Shown: piece after piece, positions 17,240-27,758 of the stretch
How positions within the stretch are numbered: position 1 is the first letter of the stretch
Layout of the letters: every line of letters starts with the position of its first letter
DNA from: Candidatus Poribacteria bacterium
GTDB taxonomy: Bacteria > Poribacteria > WGA-4E > WGA-3G
Length of the DNA stretch: 64,000 bases
Reading direction: 5' to 3'
NCBI GenBank assembly: GCA_022819945.1
Contig: JAJEGI010000031.1
Location: forward strand, 27,792 to 91,791
Made by a program: the position numbers and the translations under genes
The notes under the pieces: generated by a model
Database searches by the model: none
What the model was told of the DNA's origin: nothing
What the model saw: only the letters and a program-made list of their open reading frames with translations

Positions 17240-17374
17240 ATTAGAAGACATAGGTTTAACGGACTACTGACCGCCGATAGCTGTTAAAAAATTGAATTTT
17301 TCATTACGTATGTGTTATATTATAAATATCCAAAGTTGCGACCCAAATAGAAAGAAAAACATAGAAGGCGGTCT

Positions 17375-17806
17375 ATGGAAAAAAAACGGGGATCCTTATT
17401 CACTGTCCGAGACGCGGAAAGTGCAATCATTACCTATACAGTATTAGGACTTCTTTACATTATTGGAATATGTCTCCACGAACTTATCACCGGATGGAAT
17501 GGTATGTTGGAGATGTTAGGAAAGTTAGATGCAATGTCCCCGACGTTTAATCGAACCGCAATTGCGTTTATTATCTTCAAAGAAGGAGCGGATATCATGT
17601 TAAGACGTTTTAACGAGTGGCGGGCTGAACATGCACAAAGCCTTGAAAAAGCCAAAGAACAAGGTATTGAACAAGGTATTGAACAGGGGCGTGCAGAAGC
17701 ATACCAAGCCATTGACGCTTGGAATAAACGCAGACTCGCAGCCGAGGCGAAAGGCATCCCCTTCAATGAACCGCCTCCGTCACAGAACGGAGACGAGCAC
17801 GGATAG
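17375..17806 (+). CDS. Hypothetical membrane protein with EQGIEQGIEQG repeat
   Basis: Hydrophobic N-terminal half and a charged helical C-terminal half. No recognised domain. Confidence 0.4.
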   Translation: MEKKRGSLFTVRDAESAIITYTVLGLLYIIGICLHELITGWNGMLEMLGKLDAMSPTFNRTAIAFIIFKEGADIMLRRFNEWRAEHAQSLEKAKEQGIEQGIEQGRAEAYQAIDAWNKRRLAAEAKGIPFNEPPPSQNGDEHG

Positions 17807-17824
17807 ATACAAGGAGAAAGTCAG

Positions 17825-18868
17825 ATGCAGACATTAAAAGAACTTCGCGTCTCAAATGATGCGATGAATGATCCGGAAGAATTGCGTCACCGGATTTCGG
17901 AAGAGGGGTATCTCTTCTTCAAGCAGCTGCAAGATCCTGACAAACTCTGGGCATTGCGGCGAGAGATGCTAACAACAATGCAAAAAGGTGGTTGGCTCGT
18001 CGCGGGGACCAACCCGATGGACGGCATCGCCGATATTTCTACCCAGTGTACCGAAGGCGATCCCGAATACACGGATGTATACCACGAAGTCTATAAATTA
18101 CAAGCGTTCCACCGTTCCGGACACTGGCACGAAGTCGTGGATATGGTGGAGAAAATTGTCGGTAGAGAGGTGCTACCGCATCCACAGAAGATTGCGCGTC
18201 TCTGGTTCCCTAAGTATACAGCACATACCACACCGATACACCAAGACTTCGTCCACTTCCAAGGGAATTTCCAAACCTATACCTGTTGGGCACCCGTCGG
18301 GGATTGCCCAATTGAGTTGGGAGGCTTGGCAGTCCTGCCCGGTTCACATAAAGTCAATAAGGTTATGGAGCACCACTTTTCGCTCGGTGCTGGCAGTCTC
18401 TGCGTTAATGAGGACGAGTTGTCCGGTGAATGGCATTCCACGAACTACGAAGTTGGCGATACGCTCATTTTCCCTGCTTTGACGATTCATAAGGCACTGC
18501 CGAATTTGACCGAGGATCGGCTGCGCGTGTCGCTCGACAACCGCTATCAAGCTGTCGATGACCCGATCGCTGAGCACATGCTTGAACCGCACCTGAACAT
18601 CTTTAACTCCCTTCAGTGGGAAGATGTCTACCGCAATTGGGAATCCGATGAACTTCAGTATTACTGGAAAGACCATGACCTGACGGTGCTGCCAAGGGAT
18701 TTCAGCTACGGAAACAAAGGGTTTGAGGAAGCATTGGCGTTGGCGAAAGACGGGGATGAACGCGCCATCATACACTTGAATCGGGCGATCAAACGGGACG
18801 CTACAACTGAATTGGCACAGCGAGCCGCAGCAGTTTTGCAGGAAATCAATGTCGGGGCTGCGCAATAA
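17825..18868 (+). CDS. Phytanoyl-CoA dioxygenase (PhyH) family Fe(II)/2-oxoglutarate oxygenase
   Basis: HxD motif in TTPIHQDFVHF and distal His in LTIHKALPN. AAGGAG RBS. Confidence 0.8.
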   Translation: MQTLKELRVSNDAMNDPEELRHRISEEGYLFFKQLQDPDKLWALRREMLTTMQKGGWLVAGTNPMDGIADISTQCTEGDPEYTDVYHEVYKLQAFHRSGHWHEVVDMVEKIVGREVLPHPQKIARLWFPKYTAHTTPIHQDFVHFQGNFQTYTCWAPVGDCPIELGGLAVLPGSHKVNKVMEHHFSLGAGSLCVNEDELSGEWHSTNYEVGDTLIFPALTIHKALPNLTEDRLRVSLDNRYQAVDDPIAEHMLEPHLNIFNSLQWEDVYRNWESDELQYYWKDHDLTVLPRDFSYGNKGFEEALALAKDGDERAIIHLNRAIKRDATTELAQRAAAVLQEINVGAAQ

Positions 18869-19551
18869 TGGATTTCCATTACAAAGACATCGTGCCGTGG
18901 GGTAGATCCTTCGATGAATACCTTGATATGTTCAACCTTTCTGAGGACGACTTGGCGCGGAATATTGTGGGTGTAGGCGACGGTCCCGCGTCGTTCAATA
19001 CCTGGATGCATCAACGTGGCACGCCGATGGTCTCGGTGGATCCGGTTTATCGGTATTCGGAAACGGAGTTGCGCCAGCGAATTCAGGATACCTACGCCGA
19101 TGTCATCGCACAAGCCCGTCAAAATGAGGATAAATTCGTCTGGACAAAATTTGCGTCTGTTGATGAATTAGCAGAAATCAGGATGCGAGCGATGGACGAA
19201 TTCTGTCAGGATTTCGAGAGCGGCAAGCAACAAGGACGCTACATAGACGCATCACTCCCTAACTTACCTTTCCCAGACGGTCATTTTGACCTCGTGCTTT
19301 CCGCGCATCTCCTCTTTTTCTACTCAGCCAACAGAGACCTCGCATTTCACCTTGATGCAGTCCGAGAACTGCTCCGTATCGGGACTGAAGTGAGAATTTT
19401 TCCCATCGTTGATGTCAACAGCAACCCTTCCCCTTTCTTATCACCTGTTATTAATGAACTTGAAAAGGACGGAATTACTTGCTCGGTTGAACGTGTTCCA
19501 TATCATTTCCAAAAAACAGGGAATGAAATGTTAGTGGCAATGAATGCCTAA
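18868..19551 (+). CDS. SAM-dependent methyltransferase-like protein
   Basis: VGVGDGPASFN (motif I-like) and FDLVLSAHLLFFY. Start overlaps the PhyH stop (TAATG). Confidence 0.6.
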   Translation: MDFHYKDIVPWGRSFDEYLDMFNLSEDDLARNIVGVGDGPASFNTWMHQRGTPMVSVDPVYRYSETELRQRIQDTYADVIAQARQNEDKFVWTKFASVDELAEIRMRAMDEFCQDFESGKQQGRYIDASLPNLPFPDGHFDLVLSAHLLFFYSANRDLAFHLDAVRELLRIGTEVRIFPIVDVNSNPSPFLSPVINELEKDGITCSVERVPYHFQKTGNEMLVAMNA

Positions 19552-19585
19552 TAACAATGGGAAACTTATCTATAAAGGACAGCCA

Positions 19586-20383
19586 ATGAAAATTAAAGCA
19601 GTGTTATTTACGATAATATTTGGAACGGTAATTGGACTTATTGGCTGTGGTCCTAAGTTAATAGATTGCCCAGATAATTCGGGTGGGCCGGCCACTATTA
19701 AAGTCGGTAGGGCGGAAAACGGGATGCTATATGAATTTGGCGTGGTGGCAGTGCGGTACGACGAAGCAACGCAACAAGAAACTGATCTTACAGATGGTGT
19801 CCCCTCGGATGCCGTGAATGCGTTTTTTGTTGAAAACGGGTATACACCAAAAGTTGAAGGTTTGATTATAGATTACGAGGTCATTTCTTTCGACAGGAAC
19901 GTTGATCCGTATCCGATGTTAAAAAAATTAGGGAATATCCCAGGTGTTATGGAGACAGATTTGCATGTTTTCCATAAAACTTCTGAATTGCTGTATGCAT
20001 CTTCTTTAGATTATATTGAAGAGGAAGCGGATAGAGATATGCCATCGGTTAGGCGTGCAATAGTTGATGTCGGCAAGATGGAAGACGGATCGTTATATGA
20101 GTTCGGCGTGGTGCTGATACAGTATGATTGGATGCACACAACAGAGCCTACGCCTGTGAAAGCCGTGAATGCGTTCTTTGTTAGTAAAGGATATACACCG
20201 AAAACCTTAAATTCATTCTCCGATTTTGTAGTTATAGAGATCGGAGAGTGCGTTGATATCGCCCCAATGCTGAGCGATATTGAAGCCATCCCTGGCGTTA
20301 TCCGTGCGCGACTCAACCTATTACACACCACCCTTGAAGTCATACGCGGCGAGATAGATGTTCCCGGCATGTCCATGTTCTGA
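19586..20383 (+). CDS. Hypothetical lipoprotein with internally duplicated ~100-aa domain
   Basis: Signal peptide with lipobox LIGC. Two homologous halves (GRAENGMLYEFGVVAVRYD..AVNAFFVENGYTPK..IPGV / GKMEDGSLYEFGVVLIQYD..AVNAFFVSKGYTPK..IPGV). Confidence 0.55.
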   Translation: MKIKAVLFTIIFGTVIGLIGCGPKLIDCPDNSGGPATIKVGRAENGMLYEFGVVAVRYDEATQQETDLTDGVPSDAVNAFFVENGYTPKVEGLIIDYEVISFDRNVDPYPMLKKLGNIPGVMETDLHVFHKTSELLYASSLDYIEEEADRDMPSVRRAIVDVGKMEDGSLYEFGVVLIQYDWMHTTEPTPVKAVNAFFVSKGYTPKTLNSFSDFVVIEIGECVDIAPMLSDIEAIPGVIRARLNLLHTTLEVIRGEIDVPGMSMF

Positions 20384-20407
20384 TGCTTATGGTATCGAAA
20401 TCACGGA

Positions 20408-21322
20408 TTACCATTTGTGTGTTGACGTTTCGGAGAGGTTTCTGACGAACTCGTATGTCCAATCTACAGTCCGATAACCGCAGTTGCTGTAAAAGAGGAA
20501 GGCGCGGTGGTTATCCCAGGCAGTACTAATCGCTGCGTGCCGGTATCCGATTTTCTGCATCTCTTGAAGGGCGTATTGGAGTAGGTAGCGTCCTAACCCT
20601 TGTCCCCGAAACTCGTCTTCAACACCGAGCCAGACCGTATGAAGCCAGTCTTGTGCATCAGGATGACTTGAAAATTCACCCCCGCAGACGGATTCACAGA
20701 TGCCGACCTCTTCACTGTTTTGGTGGGCACGCACGGTGCAGTTGGGGAGTTGTCCACGTCCATCCTTCCAGTCGGTAGAAAGCGTTACGGGTAGACTTGA
20801 AGGGACCGGCGTGACAGAATAGTTCTCCCAATCCAGAAAAACCTCGCCTTCAGAACGTTTGTATCCGTTGAACCCCAAGAGTGCTTGCACCTGATCCAAG
20901 GCATCCGATAGATAGGCGTGTTCAAAATGATAGAAACGATACCGATAATCTTGCCAAAAGGCGGAGATATGGGAAATGTCATAAGTTTTCAGATAGGCTT
21001 CCGCTTTTTCAAGCACGGCTTGTCCAGCACGCCGGGCACCACGTTCGTAGCCCAAAAACCGAATGACACCATCTACTCTTTCTTCTCTCTCGATCCCAAC
21101 GTGAATAAACGCCTGCACAGCACCGTTCACCATTACAACAAAGGCAGCTTCGGAATCAACGCCACCCTCCTTTTTATCGGCTTCACCAGTGGTAACCCCG
21201 CGTATCGCAGTAGCAAACTCTTCCGCTTTCACCGGATAGCAGTGCGGTACGTCAGCGGTCAGACGATTGTAAAATTGTGTTACGGGTGCTTGCATATCAG
21301 GAGTATATTGAACTATTTCCAT
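20408..21322 (-). CDS. GNAT family N-acetyltransferase (two-lobed, ~300 aa)
   Basis: Acetyl-CoA motif A RGQGLGRYLLQYALQEMQKIGY...FYSNCGYR. AAGGAG RBS. Confidence 0.8.
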   Translation of the reverse strand: MEIVQYTPDMQAPVTQFYNRLTADVPHCYPVKAEEFATAIRGVTTGEADKKEGGVDSEAAFVVMVNGAVQAFIHVGIEREERVDGVIRFLGYERGARRAGQAVLEKAEAYLKTYDISHISAFWQDYRYRFYHFEHAYLSDALDQVQALLGFNGYKRSEGEVFLDWENYSVTPVPSSLPVTLSTDWKDGRGQLPNCTVRAHQNSEEVGICESVCGGEFSSHPDAQDWLHTVWLGVEDEFRGQGLGRYLLQYALQEMQKIGYRHAAISTAWDNHRAFLFYSNCGYRTVDWTYEFVRNLSETSTHKW

Positions 21323-21341
21323 CTATTGTCTCTATTCTCCT

Positions 21342-23192
21342 TTATTGAACTTCCCACAGCAGAATTGTTCCGTCATCGCTGCTGCTGGCAAGTGTGCGAC
21401 CATCCGGGGAGAATACAACTGACTTAACAGGCAGTGTGTGTCCTTCAAGTATTTGTTTATTTACTTCCATCTTTGTATCCCACAACCGAATATTTCCATC
21501 TTCGCCTCCAATGGCAAGGATATCACCTTTTGGGGAGTATGCTACGAAAAGCATCATAAGATCTATATTCTGTCCTAATATCTCTTTATGTTGTTTTGTT
21601 TTTATATCCCATAATTGGACACCCGAACCTCCACTTGCGAGTGTCTTTCCATCCGGAGCTTACGCTATTGAGACGACAGTATCTGTATGCTCTGAAAGGG
21701 TCGATTTGTATGCTCCAGTCACTGTATGCCAGAATCGGATTGTTCCATCACTGCTTCCACTCGCGAGCGTTTGTCCATCTGGTGAATAGGCTACAGAGTA
21801 AACAGATTCCTCATGTCCGAGAAGCGTCTGAATCTGTTTTCCCGTATTCACATGCCACAAACGGACGGTTCCGTCATTACTCCCGCTCGCCAGGGTCCAA
21901 CCTTCTGGCGAAAACATTATGGATCGGATATCACCCGTATGTCCTTCAAGTGTCAACTTGTGTTTTCCGGTCTCCGTATCCCACAATTGGATCATACCGT
22001 CCCAACTTCCACTCGCGACTGTACGATTGTCCGATGAATATACCACAGAAGTTATACCACTTCTATATCCCTCAAGCGTCAACTTGTGCTGTCTGGCATC
22101 TACGTCCCATAACCAAATCGCGTCGTGACATCCACTCGCTAACGTTTTTCCATTTGGTGAGAAAGCCAAAGCAGAGACAGATCCTGTATACCCAGAAATA
22201 GTAGCTTTATGTTGGCCGGTGCCAACATTCCACAACCGAACCGTCTCGTCCCAACTCGCGCTTACAAGCGTTTTTCCATCGGAAGAAAATGCAATCGAAT
22301 AGACTTTATCTGTATGCCCAGAAAACGCCTGTTCCTGCTGTCCCGTGTGTGCGTCCCACAATCGGACCGTTTTGTCACCACCGCTGCTCGCGAGTATGCG
22401 ACCATCTGGCGAAAAAGCGACAGCCTCCACACCGCCGGCGTGCCCAGCAAGTGTCGGTTTGTATTGTCCCGTTTTAATATCCCAGAACCTAATGCTCAGA
22501 TCGTCACCGCCACTCGCCAGCATTTTACCGTCGGGTGAGAATGCAACTGAATTAACCTTATTCGTATGCCCTAAAAAGGTATCTTTATGTTCTCCGGTGT
22601 CAACATCCCACAACCGAATCGTTTGGTCCGAACTCCCACTCGCGACTGTTTTACTATCTGGAGAAAACGCAACTGAATGGACTGCACTTGTATGACCGGA
22701 AAGCGTTCGTTTCAGTTGCTCGTTCATAGTATCCCACAATCGAACCGTCCCATCACTACTCCCACTCGCGAGTGTCCCTCCGTCTGGAGAGAACGCTAAG
22801 GAACGCACATTAGAGGTATGCCCAGAAAGGAGCGCTTTCTGTTCTTTTGTGCTGCTATCCCACAACCGAATTGTGTAATCTTCTCTGAAACCTCCGCCAC
22901 TTGCAAGGGTCGTCCCATCGGGTGAAAATGCAACAGCGCGGATTAAACCTATATCGCCTCTGAGAAGCGCGACTTCGGTACCCGTATACGTGTCATAGAG
23001 CCAAATCCCTGCACCAGTTGCCACTGCCAGTGTCTTACCATCCGGCGCATAAGCGATATTCTCTATGAATCCTTTACCAAGACGCGCTTTAGCACCTTCA
23101 GGTAAACTCAGTTGGGTATAATCTTGAGCAGCGGCATCCGGCGGAAACGATACAAAAAGGAAGGATAAGGTAATAACAAATATTGTTTTCAT
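21342..23192 (-). pseudogene. Secreted WD40-repeat protein interrupted by a single in-frame TAA
   Basis: ORFs 21660..23249 and 21342..21557 are in the same frame. The stretch between them translates as a normal WD40 blade (APDGKTLASGGSGVQLWD). The TAA at 21660..21662 sits where paralogous blades have an aromatic residue (SVA[FY]SPDG). Signal peptide MKTIFVITLSFLFVSFPPDAAAQ from ATG 23192. Confidence 0.75.
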
Positions 23193-23264
23193 CTGTCTAT
23201 CTTTGAAGGCGCGCTTGCGAAGCGCGCCTACTGAGTGAATCAAATCCAAAAAATGGATGAGTCT

Positions 23265-25889
23265 TCATCGTCTCTGGACTTGGAAACTGGCATCTAACGC
23301 CTTCGCGACCCGGACTTGCGATTCTTCGAGGTGTGCCAAACTATAATCATCAAGTCTACCTTGTGCATTTTGAAGCACACCTTGTATTTCGCTGTTGATC
23401 TGTCCGAGATGGTGACGTGCAAGCGACCGTGCGTCTTCAGGCGTTCCGCTGTCTGCCTCTAACACTAGTTTGATAAGCTGCTTCAGGTGTTCACGTTGCA
23501 GTGCACGACGAAAACTGGAGATGAACGCATCCGAGTTCGACCACTGTTTTTCTCCGACATTCCGATCCAGTTCTGTCCAAACCGCATCCGTAATGCCTGA
23601 GAAAAGTTCCGGCAATGTGAACGCATCCTCACCCTTCGGAAACTTTAACTCTGTGTCCTGAATCCGTGCGAGGACGTTCGGGTAGAGCAAGCGTCCCAAG
23701 ATGCGCGTCTGGTTGCTTAAAATCACATTATGCACGGGATAATCCAGACGTGTAGAATTCCAGCTGTCTGAACCCCAATCACTCCAACGCGTGACAGCGA
23801 GGCTATTGAGTAGGTCCGCTGGAAAATCGAAAGCACTGTCCGAGAGCGCATGTTCTTTGAGGAATTGGAGGGCTTCGCGCTGTTTCGCTGCGGGGACAGG
23901 TACAAACGGTAAACGACCATTCTCATCGCCACGGTGATCGCGGTGGTGGTACTGCCCGCCGATATATCGGCTTGCAAGATACATGGAATAACCGTATTCA
24001 CCGAGCAGCGACCCAAAGGCACGCCTGACACGCTGATAACCCATTCCCTCTTTTGTAACCTTGTCTGCAATCTTGTCCCAGAGTTCGACGACAATCTCGC
24101 GACGTTGTTTGGCAAATTCAAGCGGATCAGCACCGAGATCCCACCGATTAACCAGCGGATCTAAATCCCTGTACTGATACGTGGACGCATCGCCGTCTGT
24201 GCCGTACGTCAGTCCCGGCGTTGCGACACGGGAAGCGACTTCGCCTAATGCCTTTAATTCACCTTCAGGGTTGCCTGCATCGATCGATTTATAAGCATAC
24301 TCAATCACCCAATAGTCCCAGGGACCAATGGTCGGTGTGTAGTAATGCCCCTGCTTCTCCCCTTTGGATGCGATATTCACAGCATCGTATTCCATGACGG
24401 AACCGTGGATGGCTTCACCTTTTTTCTTATTTAGTTCGTCGAGCGAAAATATCGTGCTCGCTTTAAAGTTATGCCGCAATCCCAACGTATGTCCGACTTC
24501 GTGCATCGTTAGCGATTTAAGTGCCTGACCGATAAACTCTTCCGGCAACTCGCCGTCTTCATCGACCACGCCACGCGCCTGTAGGACGCTCGCCATGAAT
24601 CCCATCTGGCGTGCCAACCCGGAGGCCATCTGACAATTGAACCGTGAATCGTGATCCATCGGGTGATCGCGTTCATGATCAAGTTCATCAAAGAATGTCG
24701 TATATTCGCGCTGCCACGATCTGATGAAGACATCGCTGATAAGGATATCCGCGTCCAATATCTGACCCGTCAATGGATTCACGCGAGAGGGACCAATAGC
24801 GAAACCTGCGTCAACGACCCAGCGAATTGTGTTATAGCGGGCATCTTCCGGGTCCCAGTCCTCATAATCTTGCTGAATCCGTGCTTCAATCGCGTCAACA
24901 AAACCTGCCTTTTCAAATGCCTTATTCCATTCCAGAATCCCTTGGCGGATGTAAGGACGGAAACGATGTGGCACTGTTTTCTCAATATAGAAGATAATCG
25001 GATCCATCGGTGGTGAGAATTTCGCCTTCTTGTCTGCTTTTTCCAAATGCCACCTGTTGACATACCGGACATAGGGTGCATCACTGGTTTGGAGTGAGTA
25101 GTCTTTAACCACTGTCATGAAGTGCCCGACACGGTCATCAGCCAATCGAGGGCGATAGTTGTTTTCTGGAAGTTTCGCGAGACTATAGTGCAGGGTCAAC
25201 TGGATGCCACGACTGTCAGGAACTGTTTCTCTACTGCCACTCGCTGCATACACCGCTTGAACCCGCAGCTCAACGTTCTTCGGGAACGCCTTGATTGTCC
25301 CCCAAGTGCTACGCGTTTTGTCGAATCGGGCACCGCCGCCGATCCTACCCGCCATCGGTGGTAGATCGGACATAAAGACAGGTGAGACATTCACCAAGAG
25401 GCTCCGCCGTTGCGGATGTATACTCTCAATCTTCAGAGAAAATAGGACAGAGTCGCTATAACTGTAATCAACCGCCTGCGCGGTCGGTGTCCCTTTATCC
25501 GCACGGAAACGCACATTTTTCCGCACGAGATGCACACGGTCCCCTACACGTCGCCAGACAAGCAGCCACTCGTCCAACGTCATCCCTGAAATGAGAAACC
25601 CTCTGCCCAGACCGCGTGAGAGACTAATCATACATAGAAAAGGTTGCTCTAATTGTGAGGGTTGAATTTCGCAATAGAGATTCTCTTTTTTCTCGTAGAA
25701 CCTAAAGAAACCTTGGTAGCTTTTACTATCTTCAGTGACTTTAGAAAAATCTTCAAACTCTTTTTTCTTTTTCGCGGATGCTGCCTGTGCTTCAGGTTTC
25801 GCGGGTTGCGCTGCTTCCTGTGCAGACACCGACAGGCAATAACCGCTTATTAAGATTAAACCGATCCCGAAAATCAATAAGTATCGCAT
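23265..25889 (-). CDS. Secreted zinc-dependent metalloprotease (zincin, large DUF5117/DUF4953-type)
   Basis: Signal peptide and an HEVGHTLGLRHNF zincin motif in an 874-aa protein. Confidence 0.85.
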   Translation of the reverse strand: MRYLLIFGIGLILISGYCLSVSAQEAAQPAKPEAQAASAKKKKEFEDFSKVTEDSKSYQGFFRFYEKKENLYCEIQPSQLEQPFLCMISLSRGLGRGFLISGMTLDEWLLVWRRVGDRVHLVRKNVRFRADKGTPTAQAVDYSYSDSVLFSLKIESIHPQRRSLLVNVSPVFMSDLPPMAGRIGGGARFDKTRSTWGTIKAFPKNVELRVQAVYAASGSRETVPDSRGIQLTLHYSLAKLPENNYRPRLADDRVGHFMTVVKDYSLQTSDAPYVRYVNRWHLEKADKKAKFSPPMDPIIFYIEKTVPHRFRPYIRQGILEWNKAFEKAGFVDAIEARIQQDYEDWDPEDARYNTIRWVVDAGFAIGPSRVNPLTGQILDADILISDVFIRSWQREYTTFFDELDHERDHPMDHDSRFNCQMASGLARQMGFMASVLQARGVVDEDGELPEEFIGQALKSLTMHEVGHTLGLRHNFKASTIFSLDELNKKKGEAIHGSVMEYDAVNIASKGEKQGHYYTPTIGPWDYWVIEYAYKSIDAGNPEGELKALGEVASRVATPGLTYGTDGDASTYQYRDLDPLVNRWDLGADPLEFAKQRREIVVELWDKIADKVTKEGMGYQRVRRAFGSLLGEYGYSMYLASRYIGGQYHHRDHRGDENGRLPFVPVPAAKQREALQFLKEHALSDSAFDFPADLLNSLAVTRWSDWGSDSWNSTRLDYPVHNVILSNQTRILGRLLYPNVLARIQDTELKFPKGEDAFTLPELFSGITDAVWTELDRNVGEKQWSNSDAFISSFRRALQREHLKQLIKLVLEADSGTPEDARSLARHHLGQINSEIQGVLQNAQGRLDDYSLAHLEESQVRVAKALDASFQVQRR

Positions 25890-26093
25890 TGTCTCTGCTC
25901 CTTGTTTCGGTGGAACTTTCAGATTTCCAAAATGTATTATCAGAAATACCGTAGTTTGCTATTATTTAAAAGTAGCACTTTGATTTGATATATCTCATCG
26001 CAAATCGCTGCATTTTCATTCAATTTTATGTATTGCGCTGACTTAAACAAGTATATCATTTTTCTATTCTCTCTACCACATAAGTTTCTTGAT

Positions 26094-26849
26094 TTAGTGA
26101 TAATGAATCCGCCGACTGCCGTCAAATGAAATGCGAGGCCAATCCCGTTCCCAGTTTTCGGAATGGTAGGGGATATAGTGACACGCCAACGCATGCCTAC
26201 GGGTGCCGGGTTTCAAAATTTTCGCGCCACCGTGAATTAGTTTCCCGTCAAACAGGATGACATCTCCTGGGTTCACCATAACCTCAATTACTTCGGTGCC
26301 GTTTTCGCGAACGAGCTGTTCAACGGCTGGAAAATAGCGGTTGTGCTGTTGCAACTCGTATGTTTCTCCGGGCAGTAGCGTCATAGGCACATCACTTTTC
26401 GTGATTAACCGCCCCCTATTTGAACCGGGCTGGACGATGAGCGGCCCGTTGTTCTCATCTACCTTGACCATCGCAATCCACGCTGACATACAATCCGGTA
26501 AATAATATTGATCTTGGTGAAACGGATGCTCCGACCCTTCATAAAAATGCATCGTCTGGACACCCTCCGGTTCGTCTCCAAAACAGTCCACAAGCGGATT
26601 ATGTAAGCGGACATCGATAAGTAAATCCAATACGCGCGGGTCGTAGAGATGCTGATTGAACGTACGAGATCCGTACTTGTCCTGCTGAAAGAACCCGTCA
26701 AGCTGTTTACGTCCTGCGTGGAGGTCTTCAAGGTGTTCAACGAAGCTTTGGCATTCATCTACAGCGAAGACGCTTTCAAGGATGAGATACCCGTTCTCTC
26801 GATAGAATCTTTTTTCTCCAGGTGTCAAACCTGTCTGTTCAGATGTCAT
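26094..26849 (-). CDS. Phytanoyl-CoA dioxygenase (PhyH) family protein
   Basis: FYRENGYLILESVF N-terminus, HPFHQDQYY (HxD) and LIHGGAKI. Confidence 0.85.
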   Translation of the reverse strand: MTSEQTGLTPGEKRFYRENGYLILESVFAVDECQSFVEHLEDLHAGRKQLDGFFQQDKYGSRTFNQHLYDPRVLDLLIDVRLHNPLVDCFGDEPEGVQTMHFYEGSEHPFHQDQYYLPDCMSAWIAMVKVDENNGPLIVQPGSNRGRLITKSDVPMTLLPGETYELQQHNRYFPAVEQLVRENGTEVIEVMVNPGDVILFDGKLIHGGAKILKPGTRRHALACHYIPYHSENWERDWPRISFDGSRRIHYH

Positions 26850-26897
26850 CTTTTCCTTTCTAAACTTCCTTTTTCAACATTTTGAACGTCTGTAACG

Positions 26898-27758
26898 CTA
26901 AAATTTTGTTTTCAATGCGCCCCACACTGTTGGCAATTTTCCTGCAGGTTCAATCTTGTAAGCCGTTCTTGCTTCAAAATTCTGGATCACCTCACCCGCT
27001 GTGAGCGGACGCTCGTAAAAACGGACTTCATCAATCATACCCATGAAGTGACTTGTTGATTTTCCAGGAAATTTTCTCGCACCAAGGGTTACAGGTGCTG
27101 TAAATGGCGAAAATGCTCTGTTCCCCCAAAATTCATGGAGGCTCGTAGAAATGGACACACCGTCTATATAGATAATTATTGTACCATTTACGCCGACTCC
27201 TTCATTTAGCATAGAGTCATTTGTATAAACAATGTGATGCCATTCTCCATCAAAGATAACCACACCACCTCCACCACTAACGGTGCCACATCCTCTTGCA
27301 CCTCCAACGCTAAAGTGATCATAAAGAGTTCCCTCATTAATCTCAAGTGCATCTCTTTTATGAGTCCCGTTGAGTTCTATCCCCCAATAAGGACATTCCG
27401 CGCCATGCGTATTGATGAGAGTCATCCAATCAGTCTTGTTAGTAGTTTTGATCCATGCTTCAAACGAAGATGTACCAATCTGTCTGCCAAAATCTCCAAG
27501 CGTGGTTAGGTTTACAAAATCGCCAGCACCGTCAAATTCAAGTGCATCTCCTACCTGACCGGGAACAACTTTAGGATTCCCAATGATCTTACCGTTGTTG
27601 TCACCCCAAACATCTTTTACATTTTTATTAACAATGGAACCTTTATCAAAGGTCCAATAACTTACAAGTCCATCTGTTACAATAGATGCCGGTGCCGTAT
27701 TTAGCGAGAAAACACCGATGATTATCGTAAATGCCGTAAGGTAGATTCCGCTTTTCAT
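26898..27758 (-). CDS. Secreted LamG domain protein
   Basis: Signal peptide, LVSYWTFDKGS...DALEFDGAGDFVNL...WHHIVYT...GMIDEVRFYERPLTAGEV (Laminin_G_3 pattern). Start set at the internal ATG 27758. Confidence 0.75.
   Translation of the reverse strand: MKSGIYLTAFTIIIGVFSLNTAPASIVTDGLVSYWTFDKGSIVNKNVKDVWGDNNGKIIGNPKVVPGQVGDALEFDGAGDFVNLTTLGDFGRQIGTSSFEAWIKTTNKTDWMTLINTHGAECPYWGIELNGTHKRDALEINEGTLYDHFSVGGARGCGTVSGGGGVVIFDGEWHHIVYTNDSMLNEGVGVNGTIIIYIDGVSISTSLHEFWGNRAFSPFTAPVTLGARKFPGKSTSHFMGMIDEVRFYERPLTAGEVIQNFEARTAYKIEPAGKLPTVWGALKTKF

Noticed and set aside
17657-17688. 12-nt tandem repeat GAACAAGGTATT x2.7 (EQGIEQGIEQG).
   Set aside because: It is a very short in-frame coding microsatellite. 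There is nothing to suggest function beyond a low-complexity linker.
21394-22695. Several long plus-strand ORFs (131, 201, 116 and 109 aa) opposite the WD40 gene.
   Set aside because: They are antisense to a clearly coding, highly repetitive WD40 sequence. Their products are low-complexity and Ser/Pro/Cys-rich with no motifs. This is a typical shadow-ORF artefact.
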